A DNA stretch of 64,000 nucleotides from Polyangia bacterium (GTDB lineage: Bacteria > Myxococcota_A > Polyangia > JAAYKL01): the NCBI GenBank assembly GCA_050287845.1, contig JBNKCR010000098.1, positions 128,001 through 192,000 of the forward strand. Direction: 5' to 3'. Both the position numbers and the translations under genes were made by a program. The notes under the pieces were generated by a model. The model ran no database searches. It saw only the letters and a list, made by a program, of their open reading frames with translations, and had not been told where the DNA came from. This document shows positions 18,698-29,300 of the stretch, one piece after another. Position 1 is the first letter of the stretch; the number at the start of each line of letters is the position of its first letter.

Positions 18698-19981
18698 TCA
18701 CAGTTCCATGTGCAACACGGAACAAACGTTATTGACAACTTTCAACTTGCGAATGCTTTCAAGCGCATTTTGAAACTGGCGTTCTTTTACTGAGTGGGTC
18801 ATGATATTCAATTCGGCATTATTGGTTCCAACGTTTCCCTGCTTTACCAGGCGAATACTGACATCATTGTCTCCAAATACGCGACTGATTTCGGCAAGCA
18901 CACCGGATTCATCCTTCACTTCGAGACGTAGATAGAACTGGCTCTCGATTTCGCCAATGGGCAGTAATTCTTTATGGCTGTTGCCAAAATGAAGCGCTGC
19001 ACTGGTCTGATGAAAATCAATGGAACGGGCGATTTCCACCGCGTCTCCCATGATGGCTGACGCGGTCGGTAACTCACCTGCACCTCGGCCATAAAACATT
19101 GATTCGTCAACATTTTCACCGTCCACAAAAACTGCATTGAACGAGCCGTTTACCGATGCCAGAGGATGTGCACTCGGGAGCATCACGGGATGAACGCGCA
19201 ATTCCACTTTTTCTCCGTGCGAAACACCGACAGCCAGCATTTTAATGACATAGCCGTATTCTTTTGCAATTTCGATATCTCTTTTGGATATTGAGGAAAT
19301 GCCTTCTCGGTAGATTTCGTTAATATCAAAAAAATGATCAAATACGATTGTCGCCAGAATGCACAGTTTATACGCAATGTCATGTCCATCAACATCTGAC
19401 GATGGATTGGCCTCGGCGTACCCGAGCTCCTGTGCTTCTTTCAGCACATCACTGAATTCTGCGCCTTCCTGATACATTTTGGTGAGAATATAATTGGTCG
19501 TCCCGTTCAGAATGCCATAGATTTTACGGATAGAATTGGCTGCCAGTGAACATGTTAAAGCGTTAATAATTGGAATACCACCACCGGTTGATGCTTCGAA
19601 GAACAGATTGACATTGTTGCTCCGCGCCAGACTGAGCAGCTCCTCACCTCGTTTGGCGATCAGCTCCTTGTTGGCGGTGATAACGTGTTTCTTTGATCGG
19701 AGTGCCTGTTCAATGATTGTCCCCGCTGGATTCACGCCTCCAATGACTTCAATCACAATCTGAATGTCCGGATCATTGACAATGTCCATTGCTTCGGTCG
19801 TGACTTCGAATCGTGTGCTGTCAATCCCCGGTTTTTCAGCAAAATTCAATTCAGCAACTCTGGAAAGCATTAGAGCTCGGCCGCATTTTTTCGCCAATAG
19901 CGCCGCATCCTTTTGCAGTATCCGCACAACGCCAGTGCCGATTGTTCCAAATCCGATGACTCCGATTTTTATTGGTTGCAT
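18698..19981 (-). CDS. hom: Homoserine dehydrogenase with C-terminal ACT domain
   Basis: GFGTIG, VITANK, EASTGGGIP, GILNGTTNYIL, AQELGYAEA, GRGAG..PTASA. Confidence 0.97.
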   Translation of the reverse strand: MQPIKIGVIGFGTIGTGVVRILQKDAALLAKKCGRALMLSRVAELNFAEKPGIDSTRFEVTTEAMDIVNDPDIQIVIEVIGGVNPAGTIIEQALRSKKHVITANKELIAKRGEELLSLARSNNVNLFFEASTGGGIPIINALTCSLAANSIRKIYGILNGTTNYILTKMYQEGAEFSDVLKEAQELGYAEANPSSDVDGHDIAYKLCILATIVFDHFFDINEIYREGISSISKRDIEIAKEYGYVIKMLAVGVSHGEKVELRVHPVMLPSAHPLASVNGSFNAVFVDGENVDESMFYGRGAGELPTASAIMGDAVEIARSIDFHQTSAALHFGNSHKELLPIGEIESQFYLRLEVKDESGVLAEISRVFGDNDVSIRLVKQGNVGTNNAELNIMTHSVKERQFQNALESIRKLKVVNNVCSVLHMEL

Positions 19982-20164
19982 TCATATCTCCTGTTGTCAG
20001 TATCTGGTGGACATTTGTCTTTATCACATAGAATCCGAAGTGGCAAGACGCAACGCTTTGTGTCAAAATTTGTTTTTTTTTTCAATGCTATAAGTTGTTT
20101 TTCTGATATGAATTCAGAAAAAAATCGGCTTATTTGAAAATATATTTAAATGCAGCAAATGGGC

Positions 20165-20192
20165 TTGACAATATACCGCATTGCGGGATATT
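20165..20192 (+). promoter_or_regulatory. Possible sigma70 promoter of the rpsP operon
   Basis: Perfect TTGACA -35 with an AT-rich upstream region; the -10 (GATATT, 16-nt spacer) is weak; CCGCA-T-TGCGG palindrome in the spacer. Confidence 0.35.
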
Positions 20193-20302
20193 GCGACGTT
20201 TTGGAATTTTAAGCAGAATATGCTTTAAATTTTTTTTAAAAATTGTTTATACTGCCGCATACGAAAAAATATGCGATGGTAGTTTACGGAAGGGATATAT
20301 AC

Positions 20303-20551
20303 ATGGCTGTGAAAATTCGACTGACGCGTAAAGGTAAAAAAGGAAAACCTTTCTACAGAATCGTAGCTACCGATGAACGAAGCCCGAGGGATGGACGTTA
20401 TCTGGAAGTTCTGGGAACATATGCGCCCACCGTGGAACCTGCCCAGGTGAATTTGAAAATGGACAGGGTAGACTATTGGAAAAAGAACGGTGCTCAGGTG
20501 AGCCAGACCGTCAGCGAGATAGTCAAACGTCAGCAAGGGCAGAAAGCATAG
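20303..20551 (+). CDS. rpsP: 30S ribosomal protein S16
   Basis: [33 protein letters not shown]. Confidence 0.98.
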   Translation: MAVKIRLTRKGKKGKPFYRIVATDERSPRDGRYLEVLGTYAPTVEPAQVNLKMDRVDYWKKNGAQVSQTVSEIVKRQQGQKA

Positions 20552-20700
20552 CAATTTATAGCCGGCCATAAAAAAAGCCCTGTGTTTGTCGCCTCCATCA
20601 CAGGGGGGTCGCGCTATTTTGGGGGGGCATAATTTGCTATCAGTTCGAAAGAACTATTGTGCGCACTGGCGCGACGAATGTTGATGTTGGAGGTACTGAT

Positions 20701-20937
20701 ATGTCGACAAGTGAATTAATCGAGTATATGGCTAAGGCGTTGGTAGACAATCCGGATGATGTTGTTGTTCGGGAAATTGAGGGCGAACAGTCTTCGGTGA
20801 TTGAGTTACGGGTGGCCAGGGAAGACCTCGGAAAGGTCATCGGTAAACAGGGGAGGACAGCTCGCGCAATGCGCACTATTCTGAGTGCTGCGTCAACCAA
20901 GCTTCAAAAAAGGTCAGTGCTCGATATTATTGAGTAG
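20701..20937 (+). CDS. khpA: KH-domain RNA-binding protein
   Basis: ALVDNPD...[21 protein letters not shown]; conserved position after rpsP; GGAGG RBS. Confidence 0.95.
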   Translation: MSTSELIEYMAKALVDNPDDVVVREIEGEQSSVIELRVAREDLGKVIGKQGRTARAMRTILSAASTKLQKRSVLDIIE

Positions 20938-20943
20938 ATCATT

Positions 20944-21504
20944 TTGAGCCAGGAAGCCCACAATCCAGAAAAAAATCCTCACTCAGTTGAACTTGGCAGA
21001 ATAGGCAGGCCTCACGGTGTGCGGGGCGAAGTTCGATTGTTTCTCTATAATCCTGAATCTGACCTGATTGGTTCGCTGGACACGGTTTTTCTTGTTCATC
21101 CGGAAAATGGTTCAGAGTCCCAATATAAAATCCGATTCGTCAAGGACGGTGCCCGTTTTCACATATTGTCGCTGAAGAATGTCTCCAGCCGAGAACAGGC
21201 ACAGGAACTCAATGGACTGGTGGTGCAGGTGCCCCGGGACAATTTGCCGGAACCGGAAGACGGCGAGTATTACGTCGCGGATTTAATGGGGATGGCGGTA
21301 ACATGTGATGGGCAGACGATAGGGACCATTGTGGGCAGCCGGCCCCAGGGGGGGATAGAGGTGGTCAGCGTGGAGAACGCAACCCGGGAAATTCAGATTC
21401 CGCTGGTGGACGAGTACATGGTGAGAATGGATTTTTCTTCGCGGATGATGGAAGTGAGAAATATTGAATTTCTGCCAGTTTTCGAATTTTCCCGGAAAGG
21501 ATGA
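20944..21504 (+). CDS. rimM: Ribosome maturation factor RimM
   Basis: GRIGRPHGVRGEV, EYYVADLMG; operon context. Confidence 0.95.
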   Translation: MSQEAHNPEKNPHSVELGRIGRPHGVRGEVRLFLYNPESDLIGSLDTVFLVHPENGSESQYKIRFVKDGARFHILSLKNVSSREQAQELNGLVVQVPRDNLPEPEDGEYYVADLMGMAVTCDGQTIGTIVGSRPQGGIEVVSVENATREIQIPLVDEYMVRMDFSSRMMEVRNIEFLPVFEFSRKG

Positions 21505-22238
21505 TGATGTATCGTTTTATTCTGGGAACACTGTTTCCGGAGCTGTTTGAAACTTTCGTGCAAACCAGTCTCATTGGCAAAGCAGTTGAAAAGCAGTTAC
21601 TCGAATTTAATTTTTTGAATGTGCGGGATTTTGCAACGGATCGACACCGGACAGTGGACGACACGCCGTATGGCGGTGGTCCGGGAATGGTGATGATGCC
21701 AGAGCCAGTGTTGAGTGCGTTTTCGACATTGCCCGATTGCCACAAGGTATTTCTTTCTCCTCAAGGGAGACCCTTCGCGCAATCCGATGCCAGTCGTCTT
21801 GCAGAACTGGATAGACCGTTGCTGCTGTTCTGTGGTCGTTACGAAGGGCTTGATGAGAGAGTTGTTGAATTTTTCGACGAGCAAATCAGTATCGGTGATT
21901 TTGTTCTGAATGGCGGTGAAGTGGCGGCGATGGCTGTTATTGAGGCCATTTCGCGGCTAATCCCGGGAGTGATCGGAAAAGTGGATTCAACGATTGAAGA
22001 ATCTTTTTCGAACGGATTACTGGAGTATCCGCAATACACCCGACCAGAAGAACTTGTCGGCAAACGCGTCCCCGATGTGCTGCTCTCCGGGAATCACAGG
22101 AAGATCGCAGAATGGCGACGAGGGCAATCGTTACTGCGAACGTATCTGATACGGCCAGATTTATTTGATGCGTTCAAGATGTCGGACACCGATAAGCAGC
22201 TATTTGCGACCGCGCTGAAAGGATATACAAAAGAATGA
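21501..22238 (+). CDS. trmD: tRNA (guanine37-N1)-methyltransferase
   Basis: VDDTPYGGGPGMVM, LSPQG, CGRYEG.DERV, SIGDFVLNGGE, LEYPQYTRP, LSGNH. Confidence 0.98.
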   Translation: MMMYRFILGTLFPELFETFVQTSLIGKAVEKQLLEFNFLNVRDFATDRHRTVDDTPYGGGPGMVMMPEPVLSAFSTLPDCHKVFLSPQGRPFAQSDASRLAELDRPLLLFCGRYEGLDERVVEFFDEQISIGDFVLNGGEVAAMAVIEAISRLIPGVIGKVDSTIEESFSNGLLEYPQYTRPEELVGKRVPDVLLSGNHRKIAEWRRGQSLLRTYLIRPDLFDAFKMSDTDKQLFATALKGYTKE

Positions 22239-22801
22239 AACCGGAAGTTCACATCTGCCTCTTGCACTATCCCGTTGTGAATCGCTCAGGAGAAGTTGTT
22301 GCCACTGCGGTGACAAATCTGGATATTCATGACAACGCTCGCAGCGCCAGAACGTATGGTATTGCCAGTTATCACGTAATAACCCCTCTTGATGCGCAGA
22401 TTGAGTTGATTTCGCGCATCGTAGCCCATTGGCAGGATGGTTATGGTGCAACGAGAATTCCAAGCAGAGCGCTCGCGATGAACCTGATTCAAATCAGCAG
22501 ATCACTTGATGATGCAATTGCAACAATTGTGGGTGACCGCACCGTTAACCCAGTTCTGATTTCGACCTGCGCCAGGGATATGGGCCAGGAACATACGTAT
22601 CGTCAGCTCCGTGAACGCATACAGGAACATCCCGAGGTTCCGTATGTGCTTCTATTCGGTACAGGGTATGGACTGTCCGACGAAGTGTTGCAACGTTCAG
22701 ATGTGATGCTGGAGCCCATCGGCACACCATCCGACTGGAACCATCTTTCCGTACGAAGTGCGGTTGCCATTACCCTCGATCGCCTCCTTGGCGAATACTG
22801 A
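22235..22801 (+). CDS. SPOUT-family RNA methyltransferase (trmD-associated)
   Basis: LLHYPV.N..G...TAVTNLDIHD, LFGTG.GL, NHLSVRSAVAI.LDRL; ATGA overlap with trmD. Confidence 0.9.
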   Translation: MKPEVHICLLHYPVVNRSGEVVATAVTNLDIHDNARSARTYGIASYHVITPLDAQIELISRIVAHWQDGYGATRIPSRALAMNLIQISRSLDDAIATIVGDRTVNPVLISTCARDMGQEHTYRQLRERIQEHPEVPYVLLFGTGYGLSDEVLQRSDVMLEPIGTPSDWNHLSVRSAVAITLDRLLGEY

Positions 22802-22931
22802 CGCAACCGAATACATCGATTGAGGCGTGCAGAGCCGTATATGGTCGTGGATATTCACGAGGGCAATGGCCATGTGATGGAATGAACCAAGGTGATCGGT
22901 GGTGAGAAACCATCGGAGAGATTTCGATGCT

Positions 22932-23321
22932 CTATACCGTGATTTCGATTCGGTTGCTTTCAGGATCGAGAACCACCGATTCGTAGTAGCCGTCGCCGGT
23001 CAGTCTTGGGCCATCCAGAACCCGATAGCCGTCTGCTTTCAGTCTGGCGGTCAATGCCTCAACGCTTTCTCTGGAACCGACAGAAAACGCCAGGTGGGCA
23101 AAGCCAACCCATTCAGCGCTCTGGTCCACTTTAACCGCTTTCACATCCTGGCGATGCATCAGTTCCAGACGGGCACCTGCAACGCCGCTCAGGAAGTAGG
23201 AAGAAAATCCCTTGGCCGCATTAATGTACTTTTTGTTTGGTGTGAAGGAGAAATACGTTGTGTAGAAATCTCTCATCGTTTCAATGTTTTCTGTCCAGAT
23301 GGCAACATGATTGATTTGCAT
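22932..23321 (-). CDS. VOC/glyoxalase family protein
   Basis: INHVAIW..FY..YF, LELM, HLAFSVGS, GPRLTGDGYYESVVLDPE.NRIE (H/E/H/E metal ligands); GAGGGG RBS; 25 nt after the PKS stop. Confidence 0.92.
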   Translation of the reverse strand: MQINHVAIWTENIETMRDFYTTYFSFTPNKKYINAAKGFSSYFLSGVAGARLELMHRQDVKAVKVDQSAEWVGFAHLAFSVGSRESVEALTARLKADGYRVLDGPRLTGDGYYESVVLDPESNRIEITV

Positions 23322-23346
23322 AAATCCCCTCAGTCGATAATGCGTG

Positions 23347-26300
23347 TCACGCGGTCTTTCTGGTTTCGCCTGAAGTGTCCGGGGTATTCGGGATCAACGT
23401 TTCGCAGATGAGGCGCAACAGTTGCTCCCGGCCGGCGTCTTCATGGAGAAAAAGGTGTCCTCCGGGAATGAGTTTCAGTGAGAACGAATCGGTGAAATGT
23501 TTCCATTCGGTGAGCAGGTTCTGCGAGTAGATATGGTCATTGGTTGCCGCCACTGCTGTAATCGGAGACTTGAGTACAAAATGTTTGGGCACCAACCGCT
23601 GTCTCGTGATTTCGAGATCTGCCCGTAAAGAAGGCAGCATGGCCGCAAACTGTTCGGCGTTGTCAATCAGTTCTGACGGTGTGCCGATACGTCGGAGTAG
23701 CGATTTAATCTGCTCCGCAGACTGGGTAAGTGTCCCCTGGGAATCGGTGATTCTGAATTCTTTTTCAAGTGGGTTCTCCACGCCTGGCGGAACCGATGCG
23801 CCGATGAATACGTGAGATGCCTGTTTGCTCAGTTTTCCTTCCAGCAGCATCGCAAGACTCAACGCGATGTTTCCTCCGTAACTGTGACCGTAGATGGCGA
23901 AGGGAATATCGAGCAACGGCAGTATTCCTTTGGCCATCTCATCCAGAAGACGTTCACCGTCGGTGATTGGTTTTTCATTCGCGCGGTCTTCCCGTCCGGG
24001 GAGCTGAATAGGGCAGATTTCTATATCGGATGGCGGTCGCCAGCCTGAAAATATTGAAGCACCAGCTCCGAGATACGGCAGGGTGAATACCCTGAATTTC
24101 GGCTGGCTGCATCGGTTAACCGGCTTTGCCCAAATGTTTTCTTTCCTGATATTTTCAGACTCTGCCGTGACCTCCGGCAACAGAGATTTTTCAATGTCTT
24201 CAGTCAGTTCGGATAGTTTGGGACCCTGCATGAGTTGCATAAGCGACAGGGTGAGACCGGTCTGTTGCGCCAACGCGCTGCGCAGCTGGTTGGACATCAG
24301 TGAGTCCATTCCCATCCGGTCGATAGGGGTTTCAAAGTCAATCCGGTCTCGGTCAATCCCGAGAATCTGCTCCATTGCTTCCGCCAGCATCTTCCGAATG
24401 ATTGCATTACGCTGTCTGGAATCGGCGAACATCAACTGCTGTCTGATGTCTCCGGTATCTGCATTGTTCTGTTGTGCGGCCAATTTGTCGCGGATAGCAC
24501 CCATCTTTTGCGATGATGCCAGTATGGGAAACGCATTGCTCAGCTTTTGCCAGTCGAGACGATACACGCCCATGGTGGCGTGTTTTTCGATCATGATTTT
24601 TTCCAGCGCAAAAAAAATGTCCGAAATCGATATGGGTACCCAGCCACTGTGGTTCAGGTAGTCCTGAAGACCCTCATGTCTTGAAACAAAGCCGGTTTCG
24701 GTCAGTGGCCCCAGATTAACTGTTGTGGCGGGCATTCCCTGTGAATGGCGCCATCGGGCGAAATCGTCCAGAAATCTGTTGGCCGACGCATAGTTTCCCT
24801 GTCCGGGAAATCCATACAGAGAAGATACCGAAGAAAAAGAGATGAAGAAGTCGAGTGGAATCTCCCGGGTGACGTTGTGCAGATTCCAGGTACCGGCAAT
24901 CTTGGGTTGCAACGGACCGAACATTTGCGCCGGTGTCATGTTATGCAGAAGCGCATCATCGAGTATCATGGTTGACTGAATGATACCCGCAAGGGGCCAG
25001 CCGATACGATGCACTTTATGAACAAGCTGCTGCACTGCATTGAAATCGCAGATGTCCACCATATGGGCGGTTACATGGACACCTCGATCCTGAAGCTTTC
25101 TGACCGTGTCAAATTCTTGCGATCCGTGCAATCCGCTTCTGGAAACCAGCGCAATTTGTCTCGCACCATGGTTCGCCAGAAAAATCGCTGTGGCCAATCC
25201 CAGACCACGGGTGCCACCGGCTATCAGATAAGTGGCATCATCCCGCAGCGTCAGCGTATCAGCGGGATGAACATGGACCGGTCCTGACTTGAGAACAATT
25301 TTGCCATGATGACTTCCGGACGCCATCCATCGCAATGCCTCGGTGACTTTGTGGAACGGGAACTCGGTTACCGGCAGTGACGGCCACCCGGCAGTTTGAA
25401 GCATATCAAGGGCATCGCTGAGCAACGCAGACATGGTATCTTCGGAAAGGGCCAGCAATCGGTCCACATCCAGCACATGGTACGAAATATTGTTTGCCAG
25501 ATGTCTGATACCGATGCGTTTGTCGTCGTACAGGTCCTTTTTGCCAATCTCAATGAAGCGACCCATGGGCGACAGCAGTTTGAGACTTTGTGTGATGTGG
25601 GGGCCGCTAAGAGAGTTCAGAATGATATTCACTCCAGCCTCGTCGGTATCATTCATTATGTCGCTGAAGTAGCTGGTATCTCTGGAACTGTATATATGTC
25701 GGAGTCCCAGATTTCGCAGTATCCCGTGTTTTTCGGGGGCAGCCGTGGCAAATACCGTGGCGCCTGCATTCAGCGCGAAATGAACGGCGAAAAGACCAAC
25801 CCCACCCGCCGCGGCATGAATGAGGACACGACTGCCGGGACGAATGCCTGCCAGATGAAAAAGGGCGGTATACGCTGTAAGGGCGGCCATCGGGGTTGAT
25901 GCCGCTTGCTGCAAATTTATGCCGTCCGGAATATGCCGGACCAATGCTGCGCTGGCGATGGCTCTGCCTGCAATGGCGCACGGCGCAATGGCCATCACCC
26001 GATCGTCTTTTTTAACGTGGGTGACGTGGCTGCCTGTCTGCGCGACAATACCAGAACACTCCAGACCAAGGCCATGACCGAAAATCCCGCCAGTAATGGC
26101 TTCCTCCGGGAGCATTCCGCTTGCAATCATGACATCCCTGAAATTGAGACCAGCGTACTGCACATCAATGGCCACCTCATCCCGTGCAAGGGAACGGCCG
26201 TCAGAGGGTTTGAAGTTGCATTGCGAAATTGTTCCCGATTCCACCGCATGCAACTGAACGGTTTTACCTCGAATGTCCGCCATTGCGGAGGCCGCGTGAA

Positions 26301-29300
26301 TTCTGTCGGACTTTGAAACCGGATGCATGCGGACGGCGAATCGCTCACCCGACCTGAACACCACTTCATTGTCTTTATGGTCCGCGTGGAGCAATTCGTC
26401 CGCCAACCGGGGGATATCAAATGGACGGGAGGCATCCATATCAATCAGCTTGACAGTGATTTCTGAGAGTTCGTTTGCCATCACCCGGCCCATCCCCCAA
26501 ACCGGTGACTGAGCAATGTTCGGTGTAGCAGCGTGTATACCAGTGGTGATGATGGACAGAACCACCCGTTGCAACTGCTTTTGCACAACGAGCGATGAAA
26601 TGGATGTCAGCTCCACCAGAACCTGTTCCATTTCGAATCGAGCCCCGGATTCGAATCCCACCATGGGAGAAATATCCAGGGGGCGGGTGATGAGAATCTG
26701 CGATGGAAGTTCTGAATCGGAATCGAACAACGTACCGAGCGAAGCCAGCGTATCCGGATGATACCGATAGGTGTTTCTGTCGATTTGTTCCGTCCGATCC
26801 CCGGCAATGAAACAGACCACCTTATCGCCCCGTTCCCGCATTCTCGCTGCGAAAGCGTCACCGTGCCCGGAGTGATCAGAGAATATGAGCCATCTGAATG
26901 CCTGCGTATTCAGCTGGGGAACCGGTATATCTGCAGACGCCCGCGCGCAAAAAAACGTTTGCCCGGGCCAGTTGCTGTCGGGAACATCGCAACACCCGAA
27001 CGCCTCCGTGAATCCGCTCGCTTTGATGGTTTCAATCCACTGGTCACGGTCAAGGACGCAATGGTTTTTTCGTCTATCGTCGTTGAAGCGCCACCAGCCA
27101 TCGGTCATGCCAAAGGTGAGATTTACATACAAGGGGACGGACGTGACTTCAAGGATGCAGAGAACACCATTGTTCGCCAGAAGTGATCGTACATTGGTCA
27201 GCGTCTCGCCAATGTCTGCTGTTGCGTGAAGAACGTTCGCTGCAATGACGATGTCATAGCCGTGCGCCGGCTGTTTCTGATTCTGCGGGGGCAATTCGAT
27301 ATTGAGAAGCGCATAAGACATCATTGGTCCGTAGTCAGAAAATCGCTCCTTCGCACGTTCCAGAAAAGTGGGCGAAATGTCGGTAAAAACATATTCAACA
27401 TTTCTATCCTTCAGTATTGGCAGAATGCCTCGCGTAATTCCCCCTGTGCCCCCACCGATTTCAATAATGCGAATTGTGTTCCGATTGTCTGTGGTGAGTA
27501 ACGAATCAATGGCGCGGGCGATGGTTCGATTGTATTTATCCATGGAATATGCAGACGAATAGTAGTCGACAATTTCGTCCCATCTGGATTCAGCGAACAA
27601 TATCTCCGATGGGTCTGTTCTGCCGGTGAGCACTTCCGCAAGTGACTCTCCCACTGGGATAAAAAAATCAATTTCCCGCTTGAATCCGGCGAGATCACCC
27701 TCCATTCGCTTGCGGATATGCCCGGTATCCGGTATCGGATTGACCCCCGGATTTACCGTGTACTCGTTTTCAATCCGACGCAGTATGCCCCGTTGGACCA
27801 GTTCATTCAGAATAAATGAGAACAACTTTCGTTTGTTTTCGATTATTCCCATTTGGTCTGCGAGTACCGTTTCCTGAAAGGTGGTTCCTGGAATCAGTGG
27901 TATCCTCAATGTATGGAATGCCTTGACGATGTATGCCAGCGCAACATCGTCCATTGCTGGTCCGAGCGTTTCCAGCATCGGCAGATACAATGGTTCTTCT
28001 TTTAACGTCTGAACGTAGCTGTCCGTGTGCGTACGCACATCGCCCAAATCATGAAGATACGTTTCGGGGTTTCGTTGCAGTAATTGCATCGGGAGCGAAA
28101 CGCTTTCGAGAGACTCGACAAAAAACAGCGAATCCTGCTCTCCTTCTACTTCGCCTCTGGATCCCTTTAAATACTTCCCCTGAAAATTCTGAATCTCCGC
28201 AACAATTGACCCATTCTCATTGAAAATCCAGATGTCCACCAGCAACAGGTCGGTATCGTTGCCCAATGTACGGGGGGCTTTCCCGCGGTGCTGTGCACCA
28301 TTTCTGCGGGCACGGGCATATGCGTAAATGACATCGCCGGCCGGTGCGCCATAGTACTTCACCCTGCCAATTTTTCTGGGAATGTATACCCCCATATTCT
28401 GTCGTTCTTCGACAATGCCGAATGCGCATTGAAAAGATGCATCGAGCAGAGCCGGATGAATATTGAATTGATGAAGAAGCGGCTTAATGGAGGGATGAAT
28501 CCGGATTTTTCCGAGTGCTTCTCCGTTGCGTCTGTGCAATGTTTCAATGCCGCGAAATGTGTCACCCAGTACCAGTCCGCCTTCGTGCAGCGTGGAAAAC
28601 AGGGACGTCAGGTCCACTGGCTCATCTATGCGTGACTTCAATACTGCAAGGGTGACCGGGGTGCTGTCAAATCGGTCGCCAATATGATTCAGTTTTCCTC
28701 TGGAGTGTATGCTCCAGTCGTTTCGGGGAGATTCGGCGTCGCATGAACTGATCGAGAATGCACCATCATCGGTATCGATATGAATTTGAACCCGGTAAGG
28801 GATTCCGTTCTCTTTAACAAACAGCGGTTTCATGAACTCGATATCTTCAACAAAACCGAACGCATCACCAAATGAAATCCGTCCGGCGGCAATCGCCAAA
28901 TCCACATGTCCGGCACCGGGATATACCAGAGGTCCCTGGACCCGGTGATGCATTATGTACGGGGCGCTCCGCGCATCGAGGTCAATGTTGACTGTGACAT
29001 CGTTTGGGTTGTCCGCGGCAACACTGACGTTCTGTATGTGATGGTGTTCACGGCATCCCTGTCGATCTCTTCGGGCCGATGCGGATTCCCGCCAGAAGCG
29101 TTCCCGCTGCCATGGATAGTGGGGAAGGGGAACCTTTACCTCTGAAACATTGGCGAATACGGTATGCCAGTCGATGTGAACTCCGCTGGCGTAAAGCATT
29201 CCAAGTGAACGGCAAACTGTCAGCTTCTCATGGTCTTTTCTGCGCAGACTGGGCACCACTATTCCATCGATTCCGCTGGCATCGATTGCTTCGCGGATAC

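Noticed and set aside
22899..23411. 170-aa plus-strand ORF after the SPOUT gene as a possible rplS
   Set aside because: No L19 motifs; it is antisense to the VOC gene.
25195..25225. PKS KR possibly inactive (GGTRGLG instead of GGTGGLG)
   Set aside because: It still fits the SDR GxxxGhG motif, and the catalytic K/S/Y/N residues are present.
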